A stretch of DNA of 64,000 nt from Paraburkholderia sp. (GCA_004322045.1 SCRN01000009.1:35949-99948); one strand, 5' to 3'. Positions 28,673-39,343 are shown, counted from the first letter of the stretch. The notes: generated from the sequence alone by a model not told the origin. Numbers and translations: made by a program.

Positions 28673-30082
28673 ATGAGGAAGCGGCCCATGTCGTCCTGGA
28701 AACCCGATCCGACGTTCTACCCTTCCGCGCGCCTTGCCGCACAAGCGCCCAAGGAAACCTTGGCCTATGTCGCGAGCTTCGATCCGACACGCCGCGTCCC
28801 CGACGAGCTCGGCGTCGTCGATCTCGACCCCGGTTCGCCCGATTACGGCAAGCTCGTGGAGCGTGTCGCCATGCCCAATACCGGCGACGAATTACACCAT
28901 TTCGGTTGGAACGCCTGTAGTTCCCATCTTTGTCCAAACGCGCCCCACCCGCATTCGGAGCGGCGTTATTTGATCGTCCCCGGTTTGCGCAGTTCTCGCC
29001 TTCACGTACTCGATACCAAACCCGATCCGCGCCGTCCCCGCATCGTTCGCGTGCTCGAGCCGGATGAAGTCCTGCGCAAGTCCGGCTATTCGCGCCCTCA
29101 TACGATCCACTGCGGCCCGCAGGGCATCTTCGTCGTGTCGCTCGCGAATGCCGAAGGCGACGCGCCGGGCGGCATTTTCGTGATGGATCACGACACGTTC
29201 GACATTCGCGGGCAATGGGAAATCGACCGCGGCCCGCAACAGTTGGCCTACGACGCTTGGTGGCATCTGGGCTACGACACACTGGTATCGAGCGAATGGG
29301 GCTTGCCCGCCACCTTCGAAAACGGGCTCGTGCCCGAAGTGCTGCTCGGCGGCAAGTACGGACACCGGCTGCACTTTTGGGATTTGAATACGCGCAAGCA
29401 CAAACAGACGATCGATTTCGGCGAGGAGAACCAACTCGTGTTCGAGTTGCGTCCGGCGCACAATCCCACCCGGGCGCATGGCTTCGTCAACTCGGTCATC
29501 AGCCTGAAAGACCTTTCCGCGTCGATCTGGACCTGGTATCGCGAAGGCGATCGCTGGGCCGCACGCAAAGTCATCGAGATTCCGGCCGAGCCAGCCGATC
29601 CCGCCCGCTTGCCGCCGATGCTCAAGCGCTTCGGCGCCGTCCCGCCGCTCGTGACCGACATTGCGTTGTCGCTCGACGATAGATATTTGTACGTCGCGTG
29701 CTGGGGAACGGGCGAGATGCGCCGCTACGACGTCAGCGATCCCCATCATCCGGAGCTCGTGGGTTCGGTGCGTATCGGCGGCATCGTCGAGCGCGCCAGC
29801 CATCCAAGCGCCGGCAACCAGCCGTTGAACGGCGGCCCGCAGATGGTCGAAGTGAGCCGCGACGGCCATCGCGTCTATTTCACGAATTCGCTCTACGGCG
29901 CGATCGACGAGCAGTTCTACCCCGATGGCATCGATGGCTGGATGGTCAAGCTCGATGCGCCCGACGGCGGCGGCTTGTCGTTCGACCGGGAGTTCTATTT
30001 GGAGTGGCCGAAGACGCATCGGCCGCATCAGATTCGGCTCGAGGGCGGCGATGCGTCGTCGGATTCCTATTGCTACCCGTGA
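28673..30082 (+). CDS. selenium-binding protein (SBP56) family / methanethiol oxidase-like
   Basis: Carries WKPDPTFYPS, ELHHFGWNAC and the conserved SBP56 beta-propeller sequence throughout. The start may instead be the internal Met at 28688. Confidence 0.85.
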   Translation: MRKRPMSSWKPDPTFYPSARLAAQAPKETLAYVASFDPTRRVPDELGVVDLDPGSPDYGKLVERVAMPNTGDELHHFGWNACSSHLCPNAPHPHSERRYLIVPGLRSSRLHVLDTKPDPRRPRIVRVLEPDEVLRKSGYSRPHTIHCGPQGIFVVSLANAEGDAPGGIFVMDHDTFDIRGQWEIDRGPQQLAYDAWWHLGYDTLVSSEWGLPATFENGLVPEVLLGGKYGHRLHFWDLNTRKHKQTIDFGEENQLVFELRPAHNPTRAHGFVNSVISLKDLSASIWTWYREGDRWAARKVIEIPAEPADPARLPPMLKRFGAVPPLVTDIALSLDDRYLYVACWGTGEMRRYDVSDPHHPELVGSVRIGGIVERASHPSAGNQPLNGGPQMVEVSRDGHRVYFTNSLYGAIDEQFYPDGIDGWMVKLDAPDGGGLSFDREFYLEWPKTHRPHQIRLEGGDASSDSYCYP

Positions 30083-30738
30083 CTGCGCTAGTCAGTTCTA
30101 CGACGAACGTCGACACGCACACCGCAGCGCTTTGGCTCGCCGTGCTGGGCAGCGGCGTGTTCCACGGCTTCAATCCTGCGATGGGTTGGCTCTTTGCGAC
30201 GGCGCTCGGATTGCAGCGCGGCACGCGCACCGCGCTGGCCGCGGCGCTGCCGCCCCTTGCACTGGGTCATGCCGCGTCGATCTTCCTCGTGACTTCCTCG
30301 GCGCTCGTGCTTGGGCTCGCCGTGCATGCGGCCTCGCTGCGGCTCGTGACGGGCATGTTCTTGCTCGGATGGGCCGGCTATCACTTGCTGTACGGCCATC
30401 GGCACCACCTGCGCGTCGGCATGACGGCCGGCTTTCTCGGCCTCGCGCTGTGGTCGGCTGCGACGGCCACCGTCCATGGCGCGGGGCTCATGCTCGTTCC
30501 CGCGTTGATGCCGATCTGCGGTGCGGCCGGTCAAGCGAGCTTATCGGGGGCGCTCGGCCCCGCGGCGCTCGTCACGCTCGTTCATACGCTCGTCGCCTCG
30601 GCGACGAGCGCAGCGATCGCGTTCGCCGCGTATGAGTACTTGGGCCTGGCCATGCTGCGACGCGGCTGGATCAACTTCGATTGGATCTGGTCGGCCGCGC
30701 TTTTCGTCACCGGCGCGGCGGTGCTAGTCATCGCTTGA
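30079..30738 (+). CDS. His-rich integral membrane protein, function unknown
   Basis: Its GTG start overlaps the SBP56 stop (GTGA). About 6 hydrophobic segments carry conserved-looking His residues (HGFNPAMGW, LGHAAS, YGHRHH, VHGAG). The upstream part of track ORF 29698..30738 overlaps SBP56 out of frame. Confidence 0.5.
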   Translation: MTALVSSTTNVDTHTAALWLAVLGSGVFHGFNPAMGWLFATALGLQRGTRTALAAALPPLALGHAASIFLVTSSALVLGLAVHAASLRLVTGMFLLGWAGYHLLYGHRHHLRVGMTAGFLGLALWSAATATVHGAGLMLVPALMPICGAAGQASLSGALGPAALVTLVHTLVASATSAAIAFAAYEYLGLAMLRRGWINFDWIWSAALFVTGAAVLVIA

Positions 30739-30740
30739 AG

Positions 30741-30800
30741 CGCCGTAACGCCCTAACGCCCTAACGCCCTAAGGCCCTAGCGCCCTGAGGCCCTAGCGCC
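30741..30800. repeat. imperfect 8-bp tandem repeat (CGCCCTAA-like, about 7 units)
   Basis: Direct reading gives cgccctaa cgccctaa cgccctaa ggccctag cgccctga ggccctag. It lies between convergent gene ends and runs into the 3' end of the aminotransferase gene. Confidence 0.85.
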
Positions 30801-32010
30801 CGCGCGCGTTCTCCGACAACGACTTCTCGAGCGCGGCGACGCCCGCCGGCAGATCGACGCGCGCGCCGAGTTCGAGCATCGTGCGGCCGAGTGCATGAAC
30901 CGTGCGAAACAGATTGTGCTCGCGGCACTGCTCGCCCATTTGGCCGATACGGACGATCGGCAAGCCGAACGAGCCCGAGATTTCGACTTGATGGTGACGC
31001 GAGATGTGGCCGCAGACATCGGCGGGACTCAGCCCCGCAGGCGTCGAAATGCCGACGACCGAGTTGAGCCGGCACGGCTCGGGAGCGAATAGCGGGAGGC
31101 CCATCGCCGACACCCCGGCTTGCAGGGCGAGCGAGCATTTGAGGTGGCGCGCGAAACGCTTTTCGAGCGTCTCGGCGCAGACGAGGCGCAGCGCCTCGTG
31201 TAGCGCCAGCACACCCGACACGGGCGCGGTGTAGTGATAACCGGCGTTGTGCCAGAAGTTCTCCGCCAACGACGCATCGAGGCACCAATGCGCGTTCGCT
31301 TGATCGCGCGCCTTGAGCCTTTGCCAAGCGGCATCCGAGAATGCGACCAGCGAGACGCCTGGGATCGACGACAGGCCTTTTTGCCCGCCCGTGATGACGG
31401 CGTCGATGCCCCAAGCGTCCATTTCGAGCGGCATCGTGCTCAGCGTGCAGACCGCATCGACGATGACGAGCGCGCCTGCCGCCTTCGCCAGCGCCGCAAT
31501 CTGCCGCAGCTCATGGTTCCACACTGTATTGGAGGTCTCGCCTTGCACGATGGTGACGACCTCGGGCCGCTCGCGCGCCAGCGCGGCTTCGATGTCGGCC
31601 AACGCAGCGACTTCGCCGTCCGGTACGTCGAGCATCGCGACCTGCGCGCCGCAGCGCTTGGCCATCTCCGCCATGCGCGCGCTGAAGAAGCCGTTCTTGA
31701 TCGACAGGACACGCGTGCCGGACCACGCCAGGTTCGAGATCGCCATTTCCATGGCCGCCGAGCCGGGGCCGGCCACGCCGAGGACCCACTTCGAACGCGT
31801 CTGGAAGACATAGCGCGCCATGTCCTTCACTTGCCCGATGACCTTCGACATCGTCGCGCCGAGGTGATTGATGACGATCGCGTTCGCCTTGGCGACGGCG
31901 GCCGGAATCGGCACGGGGCCGGCGCCCATCATCAACAACGGTTCTTCGGGAAGGATCGCGTCGAGCGAGACGACGTCGGGGCAAGGGATGGATGGCGCTG
32001 TGCTGGACAT
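30793..32010 (-). CDS. class V aminotransferase (alanine-glyoxylate / serine-pyruvate aminotransferase family)
   Basis: 405 aa with a PLP-fold class V pattern, including the GGQKGLSSIPG lysine motif. Confidence 0.8.
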   Translation of the reverse strand: MSSTAPSIPCPDVVSLDAILPEEPLLMMGAGPVPIPAAVAKANAIVINHLGATMSKVIGQVKDMARYVFQTRSKWVLGVAGPGSAAMEMAISNLAWSGTRVLSIKNGFFSARMAEMAKRCGAQVAMLDVPDGEVAALADIEAALARERPEVVTIVQGETSNTVWNHELRQIAALAKAAGALVIVDAVCTLSTMPLEMDAWGIDAVITGGQKGLSSIPGVSLVAFSDAAWQRLKARDQANAHWCLDASLAENFWHNAGYHYTAPVSGVLALHEALRLVCAETLEKRFARHLKCSLALQAGVSAMGLPLFAPEPCRLNSVVGISTPAGLSPADVCGHISRHHQVEISGSFGLPIVRIGQMGEQCREHNLFRTVHALGRTMLELGARVDLPAGVAALEKSLSENARGR

Positions 32011-32193
32011 GGGGCTTGGGCGGCGATGAGTTCGAGAAAGAATGCGGCGCCCGCCGCGAACGCAGAGCAGCGCTGCGGTTCGAAGAAATGGTGCGGTGCG
32101 GCGACGGGAAACCCGATCATTGCCCCATTTACAGGCGGGTGCAAGCGTTTTCGACCGAAGGCGGCGTCGGGCGCACGTGGCGCGCGCGCTCCG

Positions 32194-32745
32194 CTACTCG
32201 GTCGACGCACCCGGCGCGCGGGACGGCAATTCGTCGGCGATCGCATCGGCTATGCCGTCGTAACCGCACAGCGCCGCAAGCAATGCCGCCTCGCGCTCAT
32301 GCACTTCGACGGGAAACGCCACCGCGCCGGCATCCGCCAAATAGCGCGCTCGGTGCTGTCCGTTGCGGAAGCCGACGACGCCCTCATGCTGCATCCGCAG
32401 CCAACCCAGCAGCCCGCGCACGCGCCGCTTTTGCACCGTGACGTATGGCATGGCGGGAATGCGCTCATTGGCGGGATCGAGAAACTCGCGAATGCCTTTC
32501 ACCTTGCCGCTGTGCCAGTTGCCCACCGGCGGCAGAACGTAGTCGGTGTCGTCGCGATTTGCGCATTCGAGCAGCTTGCGTGCATCGACGACCACGACGC
32601 GATGGCGGCTTTGGTCGTCCTCGAAGACGCGTTTAAGACGCACGTGATCGTAGTAGGGATGGTGGTCGAGCGGCACGTGCCACACCGGGCCGGGCTCGAC
32701 CGAGGGCGCGAGAGCAACCGCATGAGCAGATGCGGACGTAAGCAT
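32194..32745 (-). CDS. hypothetical protein
   Basis: 183-aa ORF with reasonable composition and no overlap with stronger genes. It has a possible ParB/sulfiredoxin-like GFRNGQHRARYL segment, which is weak evidence. Confidence 0.4.
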   Translation of the reverse strand: MLTSASAHAVALAPSVEPGPVWHVPLDHHPYYDHVRLKRVFEDDQSRHRVVVVDARKLLECANRDDTDYVLPPVGNWHSGKVKGIREFLDPANERIPAMPYVTVQKRRVRGLLGWLRMQHEGVVGFRNGQHRARYLADAGAVAFPVEVHEREAALLAALCGYDGIADAIADELPSRAPGASTE

Positions 32746-32900
32746 GACGAACGTATGATTGTTGGACAGCGTGGCGCCTCTGCGCCCGCCCCTCGGCAGT
32801 CGTTTCGCCGAGGAAGTCGCGCAGACTATCGTCCAATCATGACAAATTCGTGACGAATATGACAGTTTCGTCTGAATAACTAGCTAACTAGCCGTCCGCT

Positions 32901-34220
32901 TCACCCGCGCGCCGGGAGGATCTTGCCCGCGCACAGGCCGAAGCCGACGCGATAGCCGTCGCCTTGGCACCAACCGGCCAGCGTCAGCTCGTCGCCGTCC
33001 ACGATGAACGTGCGCTTCTCGCCCCCTTCCAGCGCGAGCGGACGCGCCCCGTTCCACGTGAGCTCGAGCAACGAGCCGAACGAATCGGGCGTCGGCCCGC
33101 TGATCGTGCCCGAGCCCATCAGATCGCCCACGCGCGTGTTGCATCCGGACACGGTGTGGTGCGCGAGTTGCTGCGCCATCGTCCAATACATCGTCTTGAA
33201 GTTCGTGCGCGCGATGGTCGTCGCCGTATCGGCGCCTTCCGGCCGCAGCCGAACTTCGAGCCCGATGTCGAACGCGTGCTTGCCCGCGTGCCGCAAGTAA
33301 GGCAACGGTTCGGGGCTCTGCTGCGGCTGCTCCGCGCGAAACGGCTCGAGCGCATCGAGCGTCACGATCCAAGGCGAGATCGTCGTCGCGAACGTCTTGG
33401 CATTGAACGGGCCGAGCGGCACGTATTCCCACTGCTGGATATCGCGTGCGCTCCAATCGTTGAGCAACACCATGCCGAAGATATGCGCCTCGGCCTCGCC
33501 GCATGCAATCGGCTCGCCCAGGGCATTGCCGCGTCCGATGATGAAACCCGTCTCCAGTTCGATGTCGAGCTTGCGGCAAGCGCCATAGACCGGGCGCTCC
33601 TGATCGGGCAGCTTCAGTTGCCCCATCGGCCGGCGTACCGGCGTGCCGCTGACGACGACCGACGATGCGCGGCCGTTGTAGCCGATCGGCATTTCGGTCC
33701 AGTTCGGCAGCAGCGCGTTCTTCGGATCGCGAAACATCGCGCCGACGTTCGTCGCATGCTCTTTGGACGAGTAGAAATCGGTGTAGCCGGGTATCTCAAC
33801 CGGCAAATGCATCGTCGCATCAGCCATCGGCACGAGCACGCGCTCACGCAGCGCCACATCGTCGCGCAACGTCGAACACCGTGCATCGAGCAACTGCGAC
33901 AACTGCACGCGAACGCTGCGCCAGGCATCACGGCCAAGGGCAATGAACGCATTCAGCGCCGGCCGAGCAAACACATCCGCCGGTCCCGAATCGAGCGGCG
34001 CTAGTCGCAACAGCCCCGCGGCCTGCAACGCGGCGAGATCGACGATGGCATCGCCGATCGCCACACCGGCGCGCGGCGCACCGTTGCGCGCATCGCTGAA
34101 AATGCCAAACGGCAAGTTTTGAATCGAAAAATCGCAGGCCGGGTCGTTGGCCGCTTCGAGCCAGCTACGTTTGCCCGCATCGAGCGTCGCGGCGAGGTCA
34201 TTCGAAAGATCACGCGTCAT
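32901..34220 (-). CDS. fahA: fumarylacetoacetase
   Basis: Sequence from MTRDLSNDL...IQNLPFGIF to the C-terminus matches the fumarylacetoacetate hydrolase pattern. It lies directly downstream of hmgA. The track ORF (to 34934) is an out-of-frame overlap extension. Confidence 0.9.
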   Translation of the reverse strand: MTRDLSNDLAATLDAGKRSWLEAANDPACDFSIQNLPFGIFSDARNGAPRAGVAIGDAIVDLAALQAAGLLRLAPLDSGPADVFARPALNAFIALGRDAWRSVRVQLSQLLDARCSTLRDDVALRERVLVPMADATMHLPVEIPGYTDFYSSKEHATNVGAMFRDPKNALLPNWTEMPIGYNGRASSVVVSGTPVRRPMGQLKLPDQERPVYGACRKLDIELETGFIIGRGNALGEPIACGEAEAHIFGMVLLNDWSARDIQQWEYVPLGPFNAKTFATTISPWIVTLDALEPFRAEQPQQSPEPLPYLRHAGKHAFDIGLEVRLRPEGADTATTIARTNFKTMYWTMAQQLAHHTVSGCNTRVGDLMGSGTISGPTPDSFGSLLELTWNGARPLALEGGEKRTFIVDGDELTLAGWCQGDGYRVGFGLCAGKILPARG

Positions 34221-34222
34221 GC

Positions 34223-35578
34223 TTATCGCCGCTCCGGGTTGAAATGTTTCGCAAGGCCCTGCCAGCATTCGAAGTAATCGGCCTGCAACTGCGCGCTGTC
34301 GAGCGCATAGTGCGTCGGCTTGAGCAGGGTGCGCGTTTCGAACATGAACGCCAGCGTGTCGGCCACCTTCTGCGGCTTGGACGTATCGATGGCGGAAGCC
34401 TTCTCGAACGTCTCGGCGTCGGGGCCATGCCCCGACATGCAGTTGTGCAGGCTCGCGCCGCCCGGCAGGAAGCCTTCTGCCTTCGCATCGTAGACGCCAT
34501 GCACGAGGCCCATGAACTCGCTCGCGACATTGCGGTGAAACCAGGGCGGGCGGAACGTGTCTTCGCCGGCGAGCCAGCGTGGAGGGAAGATCACGAAATC
34601 GATCGCGTCGACGCCCGGCGTGTCGCTTTGCGATTGCAGGACGAGGAAGATCGACGGATCGGGATGATCGAAGCTGATCGAGCCGATCGTATTGAAGCGG
34701 CGCAGGTCGTACTTGTACGGGGCATAGTTGCCGTGCCACGCGACGACGTCCAGCGGCGAATGGCCGATGTCGGCGCGCCACAGGCGTCCGTTGAGTTTGG
34801 CCACCAGCTCGAAGGCGCCCTCGCGGTCCTCGTAGGCCGCGTGCGGCGTCAGGAAATCGCGCGGATTGGCAAGGCCGTTCGAGCCGATGGGGCCGAGATC
34901 GGGCAGGCGCAGCAACGCGCCGAAGTTCTCGCACACATAGCCGCGCGCTTGGCCATCAACGAGCGCGACGGCAAAGCGCACGCCACGCGGCACGACGGCG
35001 ATCTCGCACGGCTCGACCTCCAGCACGCCCATTTCCGTCGCTATCCGCAAACGTCCTTCCTGCGGCACGATCAACAGTTCGCCGTCCGCGTTGTAGAAGA
35101 AGCGATCCTGCATGGACCGGTTCGCCGCGTAGAGATGGATGGCGCAGCCCGCCATCGCCTCGGCCGCGCCGTTGCCGGCCATGGTGACGAGGCCCTCGAC
35201 GAAATCGGTCGGGGCGGCAGGCATCGGCAGCGGGTCCCAGCGCAATTGATTCGGGGGCGTCGGCGGGGTATCGGCGAAGTTGGCAACGAGTCGCGGATGC
35301 GCCGCGGCCTCATCGCCATGCGGCGCAGACCGCACGAACGGTACGAACGGCTGATGCACGGCCGCCGGGCGGATGCGGTACAGCCACGTGCGCCGGTTAT
35401 GTGCGCGCGGCGCAGTGAAGGCGCTGCCCGAGAGTTGCTCGGCGTACAGCCCGTAAGGTGCGCGCTGGGGGGAATTGCGGCCTACGGGCAGCGCCCCGGG
35501 CAGCGCCTCGGTGGCCCATTCGTTCGCGAAACCCGACTGATAGCCGGGTGCCGCGTCGCGGCGAGAGAGGTCCTGCAT
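34223..35578 (-). CDS. hmgA: homogentisate 1,2-dioxygenase
   Basis: Carries [47 protein letters not shown]. Start assigned to MQDLS (ATG at 35578), which has GGAG about 9 nt upstream. The track ORF extends through an in-frame 9-bp repeat. Confidence 0.9.
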   Translation of the reverse strand: MQDLSRRDAAPGYQSGFANEWATEALPGALPVGRNSPQRAPYGLYAEQLSGSAFTAPRAHNRRTWLYRIRPAAVHQPFVPFVRSAPHGDEAAAHPRLVANFADTPPTPPNQLRWDPLPMPAAPTDFVEGLVTMAGNGAAEAMAGCAIHLYAANRSMQDRFFYNADGELLIVPQEGRLRIATEMGVLEVEPCEIAVVPRGVRFAVALVDGQARGYVCENFGALLRLPDLGPIGSNGLANPRDFLTPHAAYEDREGAFELVAKLNGRLWRADIGHSPLDVVAWHGNYAPYKYDLRRFNTIGSISFDHPDPSIFLVLQSQSDTPGVDAIDFVIFPPRWLAGEDTFRPPWFHRNVASEFMGLVHGVYDAKAEGFLPGGASLHNCMSGHGPDAETFEKASAIDTSKPQKVADTLAFMFETRTLLKPTHYALDSAQLQADYFECWQGLAKHFNPERR

Positions 35579-35600
35579 GATTGAGTTCTCCATTTCCAAG

Positions 35601-35663
35601 AGATCCAACAGATCCAACAGATCCAACAGATCCAACAGATCCAACAGATCCAAGAGATCCGAT
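35601..35663. repeat. 9-bp tandem repeat (AGATCCAAC, 5 perfect plus 2 imperfect units)
   Basis: Direct reading of the sequence. The repeat starts 23 nt upstream of the proposed hmgA start and is in frame with it, encoding (LLD)n on the minus strand. Confidence 0.9.
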
Positions 35664-35692
35664 AAAGCAACGAACCGAGAAAGCGCGCCGTC

Positions 35693-35938
35693 CTACGCGC
35701 CGGCCGGCGCGTCTTGCCGCGCCAACGCCATCGCTTCGCGCAAGACGGCGATGTCGCCGATATGGTTGGCGAGCAAGAGAATGAGCCTGGCGTTCACGAT
35801 CGCACTCGTTTCGTCCGATAAATCCCGGTGCATCTCGATCAGTGCTTCATAGAACGCGTCGGGATCGATAAGCCGGGCGTCGGTGCGCAAATGGGCGCAA
35901 ACCGGGGGTGAGGTCATGGACGAAGCCTCCGTGGGCAA
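35693..35938 (-). CDS. DUF2783-like small protein
   Basis: 81 aa with PDAFYEALIEMHRDLSDETSAIVNARLILLLANHIGD. This family is typically encoded next to hmgA. Confidence 0.6.
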   Translation of the reverse strand: MPTEASSMTSPPVCAHLRTDARLIDPDAFYEALIEMHRDLSDETSAIVNARLILLLANHIGDIAVLREAMALARQDAPAGA

Positions 35939-36067
35939 GATGTGATGTGCCGCGCGGCGATCGGTACACCGCGAGATTTACGAATAGTAAAACGGATTAC
36001 GTATTGTTAAATCAACGTAAACCCCGATGGATGACACCGCGCAACTGTCGATATAAGTATTTGGCTG

Positions 36068-36937
36068 ATGCCGATGTCGCGCAGCCTGCTACTATCGTTG
36101 CTGCGTGCCCTTTCTTTCCCGATGATTTCGCCGACCATTCCCGCGCTCGTCGCCCGAGCCGCCGATCACCCCTCCCTGCGCGAATACGTCTCGTTCGACG
36201 AACGCGAGGGGACCGCTTATGCGTGCTTTCGGGGCGTGCGGATCGAGAGCGCTTATCAGCCGATATTCGACGTCAGCATGAACGGGATCCAAACGTTGTG
36301 GACCTCGCCCGAGCGCGCGGACCGCTTCGGCGACGAGCTCGGGTTCCAGGCGCTGACCGAGCGCGCGGACGGCGCCGCCTTCGACCCGTTCGACACCGTG
36401 GCCGACGATCGCGAACTCGTTACGCTCGACCGGCTCGCGCGTACGCTGCACGGCATCAATTTCTTCGGGGCGCAGCGTCACGGCATGCTGTTCTTGCGCG
36501 TTCACGAGCGCTTGCTCAAGAGTGTCAAATACGACCACGGGCAGCACTTCTCATCGGTGCTGCTCGGCTTCGGGCTCAATCCCTCGCGCGTCGTGATCGA
36601 ATTGCCGAGCGCGGCCGTCGCGCACCGCACGTTCCTGGGCTACCTGGTCAACAATTACCAGCGCTACGGCTTCAAGGTGGCGGGCAATCTGCCCAATGCG
36701 GGGCACATCTTGTCGGTGTCCGACATGGCGCGCCTGGACTTCATCAAGATCGACGGCGGCGCAGTGCTGCGCGACGCAATGGCCAAACCGCTGCTCAGTT
36801 ATGCGAACCGGCTCGGCATTCCTCTGATTTTCGACCGCGTCTCCAACGAGATGCAGTTCGACTCGCTGCAGCAGTTCGGCGCCCGCTTCGTTCAAGGCCC
36901 GCTGTTCGAGCCCAAGAAAGCCTGCGCCGAAGGCTGA
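36068..36937 (+). CDS. stand-alone EAL-domain protein (apparently degenerate)
   Basis: Has the EAL-domain landmarks YQPIFDV, DFIKIDG and FVQGPLF. Several canonical metal-binding positions appear substituted. Confidence 0.65.
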   Translation: MPMSRSLLLSLLRALSFPMISPTIPALVARAADHPSLREYVSFDEREGTAYACFRGVRIESAYQPIFDVSMNGIQTLWTSPERADRFGDELGFQALTERADGAAFDPFDTVADDRELVTLDRLARTLHGINFFGAQRHGMLFLRVHERLLKSVKYDHGQHFSSVLLGFGLNPSRVVIELPSAAVAHRTFLGYLVNNYQRYGFKVAGNLPNAGHILSVSDMARLDFIKIDGGAVLRDAMAKPLLSYANRLGIPLIFDRVSNEMQFDSLQQFGARFVQGPLFEPKKACAEG

Positions 36938-36959
36938 GCGTTCGAGTCTCCCATCGCCG

Positions 36960-37793
36960 TCAGCGCGCGTGCCCGAGCCGGCGCGCCAGCGCGCGCAGAC
37001 GCGGCGCCACGCGCTCGCGAAACACATCCTCTCCCATCGACGACGCTGGCCCGCTGCAGCTGAACACGAGCCAGCGTCCGTCGCGCGGATCGCGAAACGG
37101 CACGGCCACGGCGTTGACGTCCTCATGCCAGTCGCGAAACGAAAAGCAGCACCCTTGTTGCGCGAACGCTGCGATTTCACGCCGCGCGGCGTCGGCCAGC
37201 GCCGCACCGCTCGCCCCACCGCCCGCCGCGAGCGCCAGCTCCTTGAGCAGCGCCTCGCGTTCCTCGCCACCGATGACGGCGAGATAGGCGCGTCCCATCG
37301 AACTCGTCAGCATGGACAGCCGCGAGCCCGACGCAAGCCCCAGCGTCAGCGCCGTCTCGCTGCGTATCGTCTCGAGATAAATCATGTCGAGCCCGTCACG
37401 ACAGCCGAGCGACACCGCGGCGCCAACCTCGCGCGCCAGCTCGCGCATGTGCGGGCGCGCGAGTTCGAGCGTGTCGGTGCCTGCCAGGAGCCCAAACCCG
37501 AGCGAGAGCACGCCGGCGTCGAGCGCATATTTGCCCAGCGCTTCGTCGAAACGCAAATACCCGAGCACCGTCAGCGTATAGGCCAGCCGATTGACGGTCG
37601 CCTTGGGCAAGCCCGTGCGCGCGACGAAGTCGCGATTGCCCAGCAGCGTGTCTCCGGGCCGGAACGCGCGCAGCAACTCGAGCCCGCGTGCGAGCGCAAC
37701 GACGAACTTGCGCTCATCGACGCCCTCTGGCAGCGCCGATGCTTCCGAGGAAGAAGCGGTTACAGAAACAGAAACGACAGTGGATGCAGCCAT
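36960..37793 (-). CDS. IclR-family transcriptional regulator
   Basis: 277 aa with an N-terminal wHTH (GLPKATVNRLAYTLTVLGYL) and an IclR effector-binding-like C-terminus. Divergent from gcdH. Confidence 0.85.
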   Translation of the reverse strand: MAASTVVSVSVTASSSEASALPEGVDERKFVVALARGLELLRAFRPGDTLLGNRDFVARTGLPKATVNRLAYTLTVLGYLRFDEALGKYALDAGVLSLGFGLLAGTDTLELARPHMRELAREVGAAVSLGCRDGLDMIYLETIRSETALTLGLASGSRLSMLTSSMGRAYLAVIGGEEREALLKELALAAGGGASGAALADAARREIAAFAQQGCCFSFRDWHEDVNAVAVPFRDPRDGRWLVFSCSGPASSMGEDVFRERVAPRLRALARRLGHAR

Positions 37794-37900
37794 CGGTGGG
37801 TGATAAACTCAGCAGTGATTTGCAAAACAGTGTTTCGCACAGCGGAACTTAAGTCAAGCATTTGATCGAGCATCTAATCAAGCATCGAAAGGAGATGACG

Positions 37901-39091
<1,191 letters not shown>

Positions 39092-39343
39092 CCCAACCCG
39101 TGAAACCGGAGCCGCTCGCTGCGAGCGGCTTCAGGCTCGCTGTCTTCCTACCCCGCCATCGGGGCCGCCGCCGCTTTGCAAATTCGCTAGCGCTGCGCCG
39201 CCCCTCCGACGTTTTGACCCAGGTCATCCCCTCACGCGATAGGACGCGCATGCTAATCCTGCGTGCGTCGGGAACGGTTCATGCGGGACGCGAGCCATAG
39301 CGCGGCGCGCCGCCAAGTGACCTATCTTTGATACGATGCATGC

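Noticed and set aside
28892-30028. 378-aa minus-strand ORF
   Set aside because: It is antisense to the SBP56 gene and is a shadow ORF.
31234-32853. 539-aa plus-strand ORF
   Set aside because: It is antisense to the class V aminotransferase and to ORF 32194..32745. It is extremely Arg-rich with no motifs.
34221-34934. 238-aa N-terminal extension of the fahA ORF
   Set aside because: It overlaps hmgA out of frame and is Arg-rich. The FahA homology starts at the Met at 34220.
35579-35653. N-terminal extension of hmgA ([10 protein letters not shown]...) suggested by the track ORF
   Set aside because: The extension consists only of the 9-bp repeat translated in frame. The downstream ATG at 35578 has a proper GGAG spacing and matches the usual HmgA N-terminus length. 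It is kept as a finding, not as coding sequence.
39111-39129. Hairpin GCCGCTCG-CTG-CGAGCGGC after gcdH, considered as a terminator
   Set aside because: It is not followed by a T-tract, so there is too little evidence to call an intrinsic terminator.
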